Shown: positions 16,584 to 26,554 of the stretch, piece by piece
How the letters are laid out: every line of letters starts with the position of its first letter
How positions within the stretch are numbered: the stretch's first letter is position 1
Source: a virus
Lineage: Duplodnaviria; Caudoviricetes
Length of the DNA stretch: 39,421 nt
Strand: one strand, 5' to 3'
IMG/VR virus record: IMGVR_UViG_3300037207_000030
Coordinates: 1 to 39,421 of that record
Notes under the pieces: model-generated
What the model saw: only the letters and a program-made list of their open reading frames with translations
Databases searched by the model: none
What the model was told of the DNA's origin: nothing
Translations under genes and position numbers: made by a program

Positions 16584-16811
16584 ATGCCGCAGGCAGAAGC
16601 CACACCTGGTGCCGCACCTGGCCGCGTGAAGGTCCGCGTCACCATGTTCCGCGACCCGATCGAGGTCGATCCCCGCGAAGTCTCCGCCTTGCGCCGACAG
16701 GGCCTCCTCGCCGGCGACGAGAACAACCCTGGCCACGCCCCGGCCACCGCGGCGGCCGCCGCGAAGCCGGGCGACAAGGGCGCGGGCGCGCCCGGAAAGG
16801 ACACGCCATGA
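16584..16811 (+). CDS. Hypothetical protein
   Basis: AAGGAGG RBS; VRVTMFRDPIEVDPREVSALRRQGLL; ATGA coupling. Confidence 0.65.
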   Translation: MPQAEATPGAAPGRVKVRVTMFRDPIEVDPREVSALRRQGLLAGDENNPGHAPATAAAAAKPGDKGAGAPGKDTP

Positions 16812-17179
16812 GCCTGCTCACCTTGCAGCCCACGATCCTCGCGCCGGGCGGCGCGAACCCGTCCAGCCTCACCGCGGCGCTCGCGGCCGGGGCCCTCGGT
16901 GCGAACACGGGAGTCCTGTTCGAGAACACCCTCCACGACCTCGTAGTCGTCCAGGTCGGGACGACCGCGACCGTGATCACGAGCCAGATCGGCACGGAAA
17001 TCGAGGGCCAGTCCCCGCCTGGTGTCCCGTCCGGGACGCTCGCCGCGAACGGCCTGTACATCTTCGGCCTGTACCCGTCCGACTACGACAGGCAGGACGG
17101 CACCCTCGACGTCGAGCTGGACTTTTCCGTCTCGACCGGCGTGTCCGTCGCCGTCCTGCGACCCCACGGCGTCGCCTGA
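16808..17179 (+). CDS. Virion protein, paralog of 11092..11529
   Basis: Shared G..F.N...LVV...T.T and Y/F.Q.DG.L..D.S.ST.V patterns. Confidence 0.65.
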   Translation: MSLLTLQPTILAPGGANPSSLTAALAAGALGANTGVLFENTLHDLVVVQVGTTATVITSQIGTEIEGQSPPGVPSGTLAANGLYIFGLYPSDYDRQDGTLDVELDFSVSTGVSVAVLRPHGVA

Positions 17180-17203
17180 CCTGCCGCTACCGCACCAGAC
17201 CTC

Positions 17204-17236
17204 AGCCCGCCGCCGTGCGGGCTTTTTTCATGCCCG
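17204..17236 (+). terminator. Terminator-like hairpin + U tract + CATGCCCG before major tail gene
   Basis: AGCCCGC-cgccgt-GCGGGCT-TTTTT-CATGCCCG. Confidence 0.75.
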
Positions 17237-17262
17237 CACCCCGGCTCTGAAGGTGATCCAGC

Positions 17263-17853
17263 ATGGCAGTTGACGCCACCAACCTTGTCCTCGGTCCCTG
17301 TGACATGTACCTCGCGCTGCTCGGCGCGACCGAACCGCCTGACAGCGCGGTCACCCCGGACGGCGACACCAACCCGCCCGGCGCACCGTGGGTCGACGTC
17401 GGCGGCACCGATGGCGGTGTGACGTTCGAGATCGACACCACGTACACCGATCTCACCGTGGACCAGGTGCTCATGGGTGTCGGCGCCCGCGCGACCGAAG
17501 TCAAGATGAGCGTGACCGCGAAACTCGCCGAGATCACGCTCCAGAACATCGCCTCGGCGCTGAACAACATCGCGCAGCCCGTCGCCGGAACCGGGTACTC
17601 GACCCTCGACATTCCGGTCGGGAAGGCCTCCACGCAGCCGAAGTACATGGCCATCCTCATCGATGGCTGGGCTCCCATGCTCGAGACGGGGGAACCGGCG
17701 CTCCGCCGGATCATCGTCCGGAAGGTCCTGTCGACCGCCAAGGTCGGGCTCGCCTACGACAAGAAGACCCAGCAGGCGATCGACACCACGTGGAACGTCT
17801 ACTACGTCTCCGACACCATCAACCCCGTTCACATCGTCGACCAGGAGCAGTGA
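17263..17853 (+). CDS. Major tail (tube) protein
   Basis: NLVLGPCDMY...WVDVGGTDGGV...LTVDQ...LAEITLQN; position before chaperones and tape measure. Confidence 0.85.
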   Translation: MAVDATNLVLGPCDMYLALLGATEPPDSAVTPDGDTNPPGAPWVDVGGTDGGVTFEIDTTYTDLTVDQVLMGVGARATEVKMSVTAKLAEITLQNIASALNNIAQPVAGTGYSTLDIPVGKASTQPKYMAILIDGWAPMLETGEPALRRIIVRKVLSTAKVGLAYDKKTQQAIDTTWNVYYVSDTINPVHIVDQEQ

Positions 17854-18299
17854 TGGCGGCCAGGGCTGTAGCAGGTAAAACCACACCCCGTGGCCGTACC
17901 CCGGGCGGCCGGGCCAGTGCACCAGCGCGGATGGTCAGGCGGGACGAGCCGTCAGCGACCCCGGCGTCGATCCCGGTCCTTCGCCTGTCCAGCGACGATG
18001 TTGAGACGCCGGTCTGGGAGCCGCTGTTTTACATCGACGACGACGAGTATTGCGTGTGGGCGAACCCGCCGCAGAGCGTCGGTGTCGAAGCGCTGGCCAT
18101 CCTCGCGGACGGCAAGCCGTACGCGGAGCACCGGGCGAACCGGTGGCTGCTGGACACCATGCTCGGTGAGGACGGCCACGCGGCGCTCCGTGCCTATCAG
18201 GGCCTCAAAACCGCCCAGTACAACCACGTGCTGAAGGTGTGCACGGACCTGGCGTTCGGGGCGATGGAGGACCCAAAAACCCCCTCTGGCCGCGGCTAG
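17853..18299 (+). CDS. Tail assembly chaperone (gpG-like)
   Basis: TGATG coupling to major tail gene; LFYIDDDEY motif; slippery site near 3' end. Confidence 0.8.
   Translation: MAARAVAGKTTPRGRTPGGRASAPARMVRRDEPSATPASIPVLRLSSDDVETPVWEPLFYIDDDEYCVWANPPQSVGVEALAILADGKPYAEHRANRWLLDTMLGEDGHAALRAYQGLKTAQYNHVLKVCTDLAFGAMEDPKTPSGRG
18272..18278 (+). other. Programmed -1 ribosomal frameshift site CCCAAAA
   Basis: GAC CCA AAA gives X XXY YYZ in the gpG frame; the -1 frame is open to 18658. Confidence 0.85.
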
Positions 18300-18658
18300 G
18301 GCAACTGCTGTGGGTCCTCGACCATCTCGATGACCTGGCGTCCGACTTCTCGGTGCTCCACCACATCCGGGACATCACGGTCATGCGGGGGCCGGTGTTC
18401 TTCCGGCTCGCCTGGCGGCTGCCCGCCTACCAGGGCGCGGTCCGGGCGGCGCTCATGGCGCAGCAGCAAGCCGAGGAGAACCCCGGGCAAGAGGGCCAGT
18501 GGCCACACGCGGCTGGGGGACTGGGGGACCGCACAGCGTCCCCGTCCGCGGCGCGGCGGGTGGTGCCCGCCACCCGTGGCGCGCTGTCCCTGGACGGCGC
18601 GTTCAAAGGGATCTTCACGTTCGGTAATGCCGGCAAACCCGAAGGCGGAAGCGGGTGA
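18278..18658 (+). CDS. Tail assembly chaperone frameshift extension (gpT-like part of gpGT)
   Basis: -1 frame NPLWPRLGQLLWVLDHLDDLASDF...FFRLAWRLPAYQG; no own RBS/start needed. Confidence 0.78.
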   Translation, partial: NPLWPRLGQLLWVLDHLDDLASDFSVLHHIRDITVMRGPVFFRLAWRLPAYQGAVRAALMAQQQAEENPGQEGQWPHAAGGLGDRTASPSAARRVVPATRGALSLDGAFKGIFTFGNAGKPEGGSG

Positions 18659-18664
18659 GCTGGC

Positions 18665-21600
18665 ATGGCCGAAGGATTCCGGATTGCCACGGCGTATGTG
18701 CAGGTCAGCCCGGACACGGACGGCTTCAAAGAGGAGCTGGAGGAAAAGCTCGAAGAGGCCACTGCCGGGGTTGAGGCCAAGGTCAAGATCGGCGCCGACA
18801 CCGACGATCTGGACGCCAAGGTCAGCGAGGCCAAGGGCAAGGTCGACGACCTCAGCGGGAAGACCGCCCGGCCTCGCGCGGACCTGGACGACGCGGACCT
18901 GACCGGGAAGGTCGACGACGCCAAGGCCAAGCTCGATGACCTCGATTCCAAGACCGCCCGCCCCCGCGCCGATCTCGATGACGGCGATCTCAGGACTAAG
19001 GCCGACGACGCTAACGCCAAGCTCGACGACCTTGATTCCAGGTCAGCGCGGCCTCGCCTGGACCTGGAAGACGCCGATTTCGACGCCAAGATGGACGCGG
19101 CAGAGGCCCGTCTCGCGGCGTTCAACAGCCAGTCGGCCAGCGCCAATCTAGGCGGATCCGGCGGCGGCTCTGGCGGTGGGGGCGGGGCCGGCGAAGGCGG
19201 CGGCGGTGAGGGCGGCAGTCTCCTCGGCCTGGCCGCGATCGGCGGCGGAATGCTCATGCCGGGCCTGGCCGGTGCAGCGACCGGTATGGGCCTCCTCGCC
19301 GGGGTCGGCGGTCTCGCGTTCGGCGGCATCGGGAAGGCCCTGTCCGCGGCGCACCAGGCCAGCGAGAACGTCGGCCTGACCGGCGCCCAGATGGCGTCCA
19401 CGCAGTTCAGTAATTCGGTCGCGGTCCAGCAGGCGCAGCAGTCGATCGGTGTCGCGCACGAGCAGGCCGCCCAGGACGCGATCACGTCGGCGCAGTCGAT
19501 CGAGCAGGCCGAGATGAATTTGGCCAGCGTCGAACGGAACGCGGCAGCATCGCAGGTCCAGGCGCTCCAGTCCGTCACCCAGGCTCAGCAGGGCGTCCAG
19601 CAGGCCAACTACGGGCTCAGCGAAGCCCAGTACAACCTGACTCAGGCGTGGGTCACGGCCCGGGAAACGATCGTCCAGCTGAACGACCAGCTCGCCGACT
19701 CCAACATCAGTGTCCAGGCCGCGCAGCTGGCGATACAGCAGGCGACCTACAACCAGATGCTCGTCGATCAGAACGCTTATTCGACGAGCATCAACCGGGC
19801 GCAGGCGGCGCTCGCGATCGTGCAGGCGCAGCAGCAGCTCAAGGACGCCCAGGATCAGGCAACCGACGCGCAGACCGCCGCGAACCTGGCCAACAAGCAA
19901 GGCGTCGCCGGCAGCCAGGAAGTCATCCAGGCCAAGCAGGCTGTGACCGCCGCGCAGTACGCCCAGACCGACTCCCAGATGCAGTACGCGGACGCGCAAC
20001 GGAACCTGACCAACACCGAGCTGAACAACGCGGCGCAGGTCAAAGAAGCGCAAATGCAGGTGTCGGCGGCCCAGGAGCAGGCCGCCTACACGCAGATGCG
20101 GGACGCGCAGAACGTCTCGATCGCGCAGCTCAACCTGACGAACACGCTGAAGGAGCAGCAGCTTCAGTGGGCGGCCACCCTGTCGACCAGCAACCAGGCC
20201 GCTAACGAGTTCCAGAAGTACATGGGCCGGCTGACCCCGGCCGGCCGGGCGTTCGTTAACCAGATCCTCGGCATGAAGGGCGCGTTCCGGGCCCTCGAAG
20301 ACGCCGCACAGACCGCGGTCCTGCCCGGGTTCACGGTCTGGCTAGACGGCATCGCCAAGCTGCTGCCCACCGTCGACCAGGGCGTATCCCGCATGGGTAA
20401 CGCCATGAGCAGCGCCTTCGGGGCATTCGGCAAGCAAATGCAGACCCCCGCGTTCGCGCACGTCCTCGACGGGCTGATCAGCAACGGGATCCAGTTCGCC
20501 AACATCGTCCTGCCCGCGTTCGCACAGTTCATCCAAGAGCTAGCCCGGATCGGGTCGGCGCCGGGCGCGGTAACCGGGCTGGCTAACCTCCTGGCCGGGT
20601 TCGCACACGGGCTCACCGGTCTCGCGGCCGGGCTCGCCCCGTACACGAAGCAAATCAACCAGTTCCTCACCGCCGCCGGGCACGTCATCGCCGCAATCGG
20701 GCCGCCCCTGGGCCGCATGATCGGCCTGATAGCCCAGGTGCTCACGCCGCTGACCCACATCCTGAGCGCCCACCCGAACGGCGCGCTCGCCAAGGCCATC
20801 GGTGACGTTCTGGCCGGCCTGATCGCGATCAAGGGGCTCCAGAAGGTTCTCCCGGACTTCATCGCCAAGCCGCTAGCCGAGCTGGCCAAGACGGGGGCCG
20901 GGAAGCTGCTATCGCCCTTCACGGCCGCGGGGAAGGCCCTGCCGGGCGTGGTGAAGGAGACATTCGGGCCGGCCCTGTCCAGCGCCGGGCAGGCAATCTC
21001 CGGGTTCGCTTCCAGCGCGGCCGGGACCATCGCCGGTTTCGGTTCCAAATTCGGCTCGACCATGGCCAACGCCGGATCTTCAGTGGGCGCGTTCGTCGTC
21101 GACTATGCGTTCCGGATCCGGGACGCCATGATCGCGACCGGCGCATGGATCGCGGAGCATGCCGTAGCCACCGCCGCGTTCATCGCGCAGAACATCGCCG
21201 AGGCCGCATCGGCGACGGCCGCGTTCGTCGCGGAAAACCTGGCGACTCTCGGCATCGCCGCCGGCATCGCCCTGCTGGTGGCCGGGATCGTGCTCTTGGC
21301 GACCCACTGGAAGCAGGTCTTCACCGACGTCAAGAACTGGACCCTCGATGTCTGGCACAACGTGCTGGACCCGTTTTTCCAGACGGTAGGGACGCTGGCG
21401 CTCGATTTTTACCGCGAGCAGATTTACCCGATGTGGCAGGGGATCGACACCGCATTCCACGCTATCGCGACCGTTGTGACGTGGCTGTGGGACGACGTGC
21501 TCGCCCCGTGGATCTCAGACACCCGGGAAGGCTTTACACAGCTGGTCAGCGACCTGGGCCGTATCTGGGGCGGGATGGAATCCGTCTTCAAAACGCCGGT

Positions 21601-22906
21601 GAATTTTTTGATCTCGACCGTTTATGACGACGGGATCCTGAAGCTCTGGAATGACGTTGTTGGCGCGATCGGGCTCGGGTCGCTGAAACTGCCGAAGATT
21701 AGCCCGCTCGCGGCTGGTGGCGTCATCCCCGGCTATTCGCCGGGCCACGACACGGTACCGGCGATGCTGTCACCCGGTGAAAGTGTCCTGACCCCGCAGG
21801 CCACGAAGGCGATCGGGCCCGGCACGGTCCACGCCCTGAACAAGCAGTACCCGCCGAACAGCTCGACGGGCAGTCAGGGCAGTTCGCCGGGGAGCCAGGG
21901 CAGCAGCGGCGGTCATCTCGGGAAGATGGTCACCCGCGAGGTCCGCCGGCATGCGATGCGGCTGGGGGAGCACGCGGCCGGGTTTTCCGGCGGTGGTGTC
22001 CTCGGCGACATCGGCAGCGCGGTTACCGGCCTCGGGCACGCGATCATGTCCGGCGCCAAGTTCACGGCCGAGTTCGCCACCGACCCGGCCAAGGCGGTAT
22101 CTGACCTGCTGTCCGGTGCGGTCGGGACGAACGCCACCGGGGATCTGGGCAAGGTCATGACCGGTATCCCAGCGGCCATGGTCAAGGACATCGGCCACGC
22201 CGTGATGAACGCGATCGGCGGCGGGACAGGGAAGTTGCCGGGAGGTGGCTCCAGCGCGGTTGGTGGTCTTCCGGAGAACTGGAAGACGATCGCGAGCTAC
22301 CTCGCCGCGAACGGGTTCACGAAGTTCGCCGCGGCGGGCGTCGCGGGGAACATCGACGCCGAGTCGAGCGGCAACCCGGAACAGCTGGAGATCGGCGGTG
22401 GCGGCGGTGGCGGCCTGATCCAGTGGACGCCTTACCCGCCCGGCTACATCACGGGAGACGTGCAGGCGGACCTGATGACGCAGTTGCAGGCGATCCTGTC
22501 GTGGGGCGGCGGCCCGTCGCTGGTGAACCGGGCGACGTCCCCGTCGAATGCGGCGCTGCTGTACCAGGACTATTACGAGAAGCCGGCGAACCTGTCGGCG
22601 ACGCTGCCTCAGCGCATGTCTTCCGCGAACGCGGTCTACCGGGCGATGGGCTGGGGGTCGTTCGACTCGGGCGGCTGGCTGATGCCAGGGATGGGGCCGG
22701 TCAACCAGCTCACCCAGCCCGAGGCGGTTCTGACACCGCAGCAGTCGCAAGCGCTGATCGAGCTTGCCAGCAGCGCACGCCGGGGAGGTGACGGCGCGAC
22801 CGCGCAACCGCAGGTCGTGCAGAACTTCATCGGGACGCAGCTGCCGACCCCGGAGCAGCAGGCGCAGATGCGACGTGACCTGGCCATGTCGCTCAGCGGT
22901 GTGTGA
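18665..22906 (+). CDS. Tape measure protein with C-terminal phage-tail lysozyme domain
   Basis: 1413 aa Ala/Gln-rich helical; N-terminal IATAYVQV; C-terminal AAAGVAGNIDAESS...GLIQWT...YYEKPA (Phage_lysozyme2-like). Confidence 0.93.
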   Translation: MAEGFRIATAYVQVSPDTDGFKEELEEKLEEATAGVEAKVKIGADTDDLDAKVSEAKGKVDDLSGKTARPRADLDDADLTGKVDDAKAKLDDLDSKTARPRADLDDGDLRTKADDANAKLDDLDSRSARPRLDLEDADFDAKMDAAEARLAAFNSQSASANLGGSGGGSGGGGGAGEGGGGEGGSLLGLAAIGGGMLMPGLAGAATGMGLLAGVGGLAFGGIGKALSAAHQASENVGLTGAQMASTQFSNSVAVQQAQQSIGVAHEQAAQDAITSAQSIEQAEMNLASVERNAAASQVQALQSVTQAQQGVQQANYGLSEAQYNLTQAWVTARETIVQLNDQLADSNISVQAAQLAIQQATYNQMLVDQNAYSTSINRAQAALAIVQAQQQLKDAQDQATDAQTAANLANKQGVAGSQEVIQAKQAVTAAQYAQTDSQMQYADAQRNLTNTELNNAAQVKEAQMQVSAAQEQAAYTQMRDAQNVSIAQLNLTNTLKEQQLQWAATLSTSNQAANEFQKYMGRLTPAGRAFVNQILGMKGAFRALEDAAQTAVLPGFTVWLDGIAKLLPTVDQGVSRMGNAMSSAFGAFGKQMQTPAFAHVLDGLISNGIQFANIVLPAFAQFIQELARIGSAPGAVTGLANLLAGFAHGLTGLAAGLAPYTKQINQFLTAAGHVIAAIGPPLGRMIGLIAQVLTPLTHILSAHPNGALAKAIGDVLAGLIAIKGLQKVLPDFIAKPLAELAKTGAGKLLSPFTAAGKALPGVVKETFGPALSSAGQAISGFASSAAGTIAGFGSKFGSTMANAGSSVGAFVVDYAFRIRDAMIATGAWIAEHAVATAAFIAQNIAEAASATAAFVAENLATLGIAAGIALLVAGIVLLATHWKQVFTDVKNWTLDVWHNVLDPFFQTVGTLALDFYREQIYPMWQGIDTAFHAIATVVTWLWDDVLAPWISDTREGFTQLVSDLGRIWGGMESVFKTPVNFLISTVYDDGILKLWNDVVGAIGLGSLKLPKISPLAAGGVIPGYSPGHDTVPAMLSPGESVLTPQATKAIGPGTVHALNKQYPPNSSTGSQGSSPGSQGSSGGHLGKMVTREVRRHAMRLGEHAAGFSGGGVLGDIGSAVTGLGHAIMSGAKFTAEFATDPAKAVSDLLSGAVGTNATGDLGKVMTGIPAAMVKDIGHAVMNAIGGGTGKLPGGGSSAVGGLPENWKTIASYLAANGFTKFAAAGVAGNIDAESSGNPEQLEIGGGGGGGLIQWTPYPPGYITGDVQADLMTQLQAILSWGGGPSLVNRATSPSNAALLYQDYYEKPANLSATLPQRMSSANAVYRAMGWGSFDSGGWLMPGMGPVNQLTQPEAVLTPQQSQALIELASSARRGGDGATAQPQVVQNFIGTQLPTPEQQAQMRRDLAMSLSGV
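18785..19130 (+). repeat. Four ~90-bp (30 aa) repeats in tape measure N-terminus
   Basis: ADLDDADLTGKVDDAKAKLDDLDSKTARPR-type units. Confidence 0.85.
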
Positions 22907-22950
22907 CCGGTCCCTCTCCCTCTTTCCGCGCATACGGGAGGTGGTGACCG

Positions 22951-24192
22951 GTGACAACTGTCGCTGCCGGTAACCCGGTGACGCTGTACCTCGATTTCTT
23001 CAACGAAGAGAACGGGGTCCTGACCGATCCGGATGCGGTGCAGCTGGACATCACCTACGGCCAGCAGGTCGGGCTAGCCCCGGACATCGCGGGCCCGATC
23101 CTCTACCAAGGCGCGGCCACAGCGACCCCGGGGCAGGTGTGGCGGATCGCCGAAGGCCAGTACGCATTCATCTGGCCGGTGCCGTACGACGCATCCCAGG
23201 GCGTCTATGTGGCCAACTGGAGTGTCGTGTTCGACGGCGACACGTTCCTGGCGGTCGAGAACTTCACCGTCCAGGGCGGTTACACACCGCAGGTGCCTGC
23301 CGGGGACGTCGGCTACTGGACTGGCAGCCTCGCCTACACGCCTTCGGCGGGCACCCCGGCCCAGCCGGTCACCATCGATTTCGGGGCTGTCGACGGCAAC
23401 GGCATCTGCTGGCTGTGGCAGAAGCTGGAGGGCTGGGACGGGCCGGACGTGCAAGGCGCTGGGGTGCTCGCGAAATCCGGTGACCACGGCGGCTGGCCGA
23501 GCCCGCAGTATTACGCGGCGCGCACTTTGACGTGGACGATTACTGCGTCGGCGCCGACCCAGGCGCTCCGGGACCTGGCCCGCGCCATTTTGCAGGCCGC
23601 GGTGCCGGTCAGTGACCTGGCGGTGCTCACCTACAACGAGCCGGTCCCGAAACAGATCCAGGTCAGGCGGTCCGGGAAGGTCACCGAAAGCTGCCCGACC
23701 CTCGCGGACGTGACCTTCACTGTTGGCCTGGTCGCCCCGGACCCCCGGAAATACAGCGTCCAGCAGCAGACATTGCCGGTCACCGCGCCCAGCGTCACAC
23801 CAGTCGGTATCACCGTGCCGTTCACCGTGCCGTTCACCCTGCCGGCGCAGCAGGTCGGCGGCAGCGCCGTGGCCACCAACGGCGGCAGCTTCGAGACCAG
23901 GCCGGTTATCACGATCACCGGGCCGGTCACGTCCCCGTCGCTGACGAACGTCACCACCGGCCAGACCGTCTCGTGGACAGGCCTGGTGGTCCCCGTCGGC
24001 GGGATCCTGGTCGCCGACTTCAGCGTCCAGCAAGCCCAGTTGTCGCTGACCGGCACGAACCCGTCGTACCGGCCAGCGGACCCGTTCTCGTCCTGGTGGA
24101 CGCTCCCGCCCGGCCCTTCAACGATCCAGCTCGGCGGCAACGCCGACCCGGGCGCTTCCGCTCAAATCGCCTGGCAGGACGCCTGGATATGA
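22951..24192 (+). CDS. Distal tail (Dit-like) protein with N-terminal Ig-like extension
   Basis: First gene after TMP; LEGWDGP, LVAPDPRKYS, NGGSFETRPVITITGP, WWTLPPG, WQDAWI motifs. Confidence 0.82.
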   Translation: MTTVAAGNPVTLYLDFFNEENGVLTDPDAVQLDITYGQQVGLAPDIAGPILYQGAATATPGQVWRIAEGQYAFIWPVPYDASQGVYVANWSVVFDGDTFLAVENFTVQGGYTPQVPAGDVGYWTGSLAYTPSAGTPAQPVTIDFGAVDGNGICWLWQKLEGWDGPDVQGAGVLAKSGDHGGWPSPQYYAARTLTWTITASAPTQALRDLARAILQAAVPVSDLAVLTYNEPVPKQIQVRRSGKVTESCPTLADVTFTVGLVAPDPRKYSVQQQTLPVTAPSVTPVGITVPFTVPFTLPAQQVGGSAVATNGGSFETRPVITITGPVTSPSLTNVTTGQTVSWTGLVVPVGGILVADFSVQQAQLSLTGTNPSYRPADPFSSWWTLPPGPSTIQLGGNADPGASAQIAWQDAWI

Positions 24193-24243
24193 CCCGTGCG
24201 GTCGCCGACCGCACGGCGCGCTGCCTCACGCAATCCCGATTGA

Positions 24244-25329
24244 ATGGAGGTGGCGCGGGTGACCATGCCCAGCATCAACCTCGGTTTCTGCTTGTGGCTG
24301 GACGGTGAAACGTTCAACGCCCTGCTCGGCCGCACGTTCGGCATCGGCCCAACCTGGCTCAACAGCGGCCCACCCAACCAGGTCCACCAAGGCGTCATCC
24401 CTGGATCGGGTGAGCTGGCCGTCACACCTGGCGCCGGGATGACCGTGAACGTGGCGGCCGGGAACTGCCTGATCGCCAACAGTTCCGGATCCACGCAAGG
24501 CGGCTATCTCGTCGCGATGATGACCAGCGGCACACTGCCGGTCGCTGCGGCGGACCCGTCCAACCCGCGGATCGACCTGGTGTGCGCGACCGTCGTCGAC
24601 AACGGCAACAACACTTCGTTCGCGGAAGTCCAGATCCTCACCGGCACGGCCGCACCCAACCCGTCCGCGCCTGGGCTGCCCGCGAACTCGCTGTCCCTGT
24701 ACGAGGTCACGGTCCCGGCTGGTTCGGCGACGATCACGGCCGGGAACATCGCGTCGCTGGTGAACTTGACGGTCACCGCAGGCGGCATCCTGCCGACCTA
24801 CGGGCTTACCGGCGGGGGTGTCCCGGCCGGTTACCCCGGCGCCTACATCCATGACCGGCAATCCGGCCGCCTGGCGCACAACACCCCGTCCGGTGTGCAG
24901 CAGCCGCATCTGCTTCCGTTCGCGCCGGTCACCGCCGCGAAAACCAGCGGCCAGAACATCCTGATCAGCGGTGAGGCCACAGTCCTGTCCGAGACCGTGA
25001 CGACGGACGGCCAAACGGACCTGGAGATCACGATCACCTGGTCCGGGATCGACAGCGCGGACGGTGAAGGTGTCGAGTCGCGGATCCAGATGCAGATTTA
25101 CATCGACTCGACGCTGGCCTACCAGGCGTGGATCGACTGCCCGAACGGGGACGGCAACACCCGCTCGGGCGGGTCGATCTTCTACTGCACGGGCGGCCCG
25201 CTCGGCAACACACCCAGTGCGGGCGAGCACACGATCGCATGGAAAGCCCTGGCGTCCGCGTTCAACGGCAACATTTTCGCGTCGTCGATCTCGCCGATGA
25301 TCCTGCGGATCAGGCCCGTCTGCCAATGA
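24244..25329 (+). CDS. Minor tail / fiber-baseplate protein
   Basis: AADPSNPRIDLV...TGTAAPNPSAPGLPANSLSLYEVTVPAG..ITAGNI motif; start may be GTG 24259 or ATG 24265. Confidence 0.78.
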   Translation: MEVARVTMPSINLGFCLWLDGETFNALLGRTFGIGPTWLNSGPPNQVHQGVIPGSGELAVTPGAGMTVNVAAGNCLIANSSGSTQGGYLVAMMTSGTLPVAAADPSNPRIDLVCATVVDNGNNTSFAEVQILTGTAAPNPSAPGLPANSLSLYEVTVPAGSATITAGNIASLVNLTVTAGGILPTYGLTGGGVPAGYPGAYIHDRQSGRLAHNTPSGVQQPHLLPFAPVTAAKTSGQNILISGEATVLSETVTTDGQTDLEITITWSGIDSADGEGVESRIQMQIYIDSTLAYQAWIDCPNGDGNTRSGGSIFYCTGGPLGNTPSAGEHTIAWKALASAFNGNIFASSISPMILRIRPVCQ

Positions 25330-26543
25330 GCACCGCCTACAAGTACCTTTCGACGGATCTGATCACCGGGGAAGTGCTTTCCGATGCGATCCCGCTGACC
25401 GTCCAATCGTGTTCGATGCAGCTCAACGGGTCCGGGAGCCTGTCCGGCACCCTGAACCTGCAAGAGCTGTACCCGCTGAACGGGCCGTTCGTCGCGGCGC
25501 TGGAATGCCGCCGCGCGGTCCTGTGGGTACTCGCGGACGACTACCCCGTCTGGAATGGGGTGGTGTGGGATTGGCCGGACATGACCCGCGCCCAGGGGAA
25601 CCTTTCGATCTCCGCGCAAACCATCGACTCGGTGTTCTCCCACCGGCTGATCACCGACACTCTCGAATACGCCCAAATCGACCTGTTCACCGTGTTCCTC
25701 GACCTCGTGAACTACGGGCAAACCAAGCAGTCCAGCTACATCGAGACCGGTGTGTCGCCGCCAGCGACCCGGCCGGCCGCCTACCTCGCATACGTGGCGT
25801 CCAACGGCGGCATCGCGGGCCTGGTCTCGCCGCAGAACGTGACGGCCGGGGTGCCGTGGACCGCCTCCTACACCTACAGCGATTTGACGCAGGTCACGGA
25901 TGCCTGGTCGGACATGTGCTCGTCGGGGAACTTCGAGTACGTCTTCCAGCCGGGCTTGGATGAGAACGGGAACCTGGCGACATTCGTGCGGCTCGGCTAT
26001 CAGCAGTTGGGCCGGACACTTGGCGAGGCTGGGTTCTCGCTGGTCTATCCCGGCAATGCGATCGACTACGGGTATCAGCGCACCGGCAGCCAGGGCGCCA
26101 ACTACATCTGGGCGACCGCGCCGCCGAACGGCGCGGAACTCCAATGGCAGTCCCAATGGCCGCACGGCGCTGACGTCGCTGACCTGGACGCCGGGTATCC
26201 GCTGATGGAATCGACGATCAGCTGGGACGGCTCCTATGTGACCAGCCAGGCGCAGGTGGATTCGTTCGCGGACGGCGAGCTGGCGATCTACACCGAAGGG
26301 ATGACGATCCCGACGATCAACGTCGGCGGCGGCAACTACCCATCGGTCAAGGACATCGTGCTCGGGGACGCCTGCGATTTCGTGGCCACCTCCCCGTTGC
26401 ATCCCCCCAAAACCAGCGGCGGCACCGTCCTGCCGGGCTTGCAGGTGCCGGTGCGGATCACCGGGTGGACGCTGTACCCGCCCGGCCCGCAGCAGTCCGA
26501 ATACATCCAGTTGCAGACCTCCAGCGTCGACGTCAGCAGCTAG
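25326..26543 (+). CDS. Minor tail protein (Tal/hub, ReqiPepy6 gp37-like)
   Basis: ATGA coupling; YKYLSTDLITG...LNGSGSLSG...VWNGVVW; LDAGYPLME. Confidence 0.8.
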   Translation: MSTAYKYLSTDLITGEVLSDAIPLTVQSCSMQLNGSGSLSGTLNLQELYPLNGPFVAALECRRAVLWVLADDYPVWNGVVWDWPDMTRAQGNLSISAQTIDSVFSHRLITDTLEYAQIDLFTVFLDLVNYGQTKQSSYIETGVSPPATRPAAYLAYVASNGGIAGLVSPQNVTAGVPWTASYTYSDLTQVTDAWSDMCSSGNFEYVFQPGLDENGNLATFVRLGYQQLGRTLGEAGFSLVYPGNAIDYGYQRTGSQGANYIWATAPPNGAELQWQSQWPHGADVADLDAGYPLMESTISWDGSYVTSQAQVDSFADGELAIYTEGMTIPTINVGGGNYPSVKDIVLGDACDFVATSPLHPPKTSGGTVLPGLQVPVRITGWTLYPPGPQQSEYIQLQTSSVDVSS

Positions 26544-26554
26544 GGGGTGCCGGG

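Noticed and set aside
21340-21720. AT-richer codon patch inside the tape measure gene as a separate insertion
   Set aside because: Frame stays open and the Trp/Phe-periodic sequence is normal for TMPs; at most a mosaic segment, not demonstrable by eye
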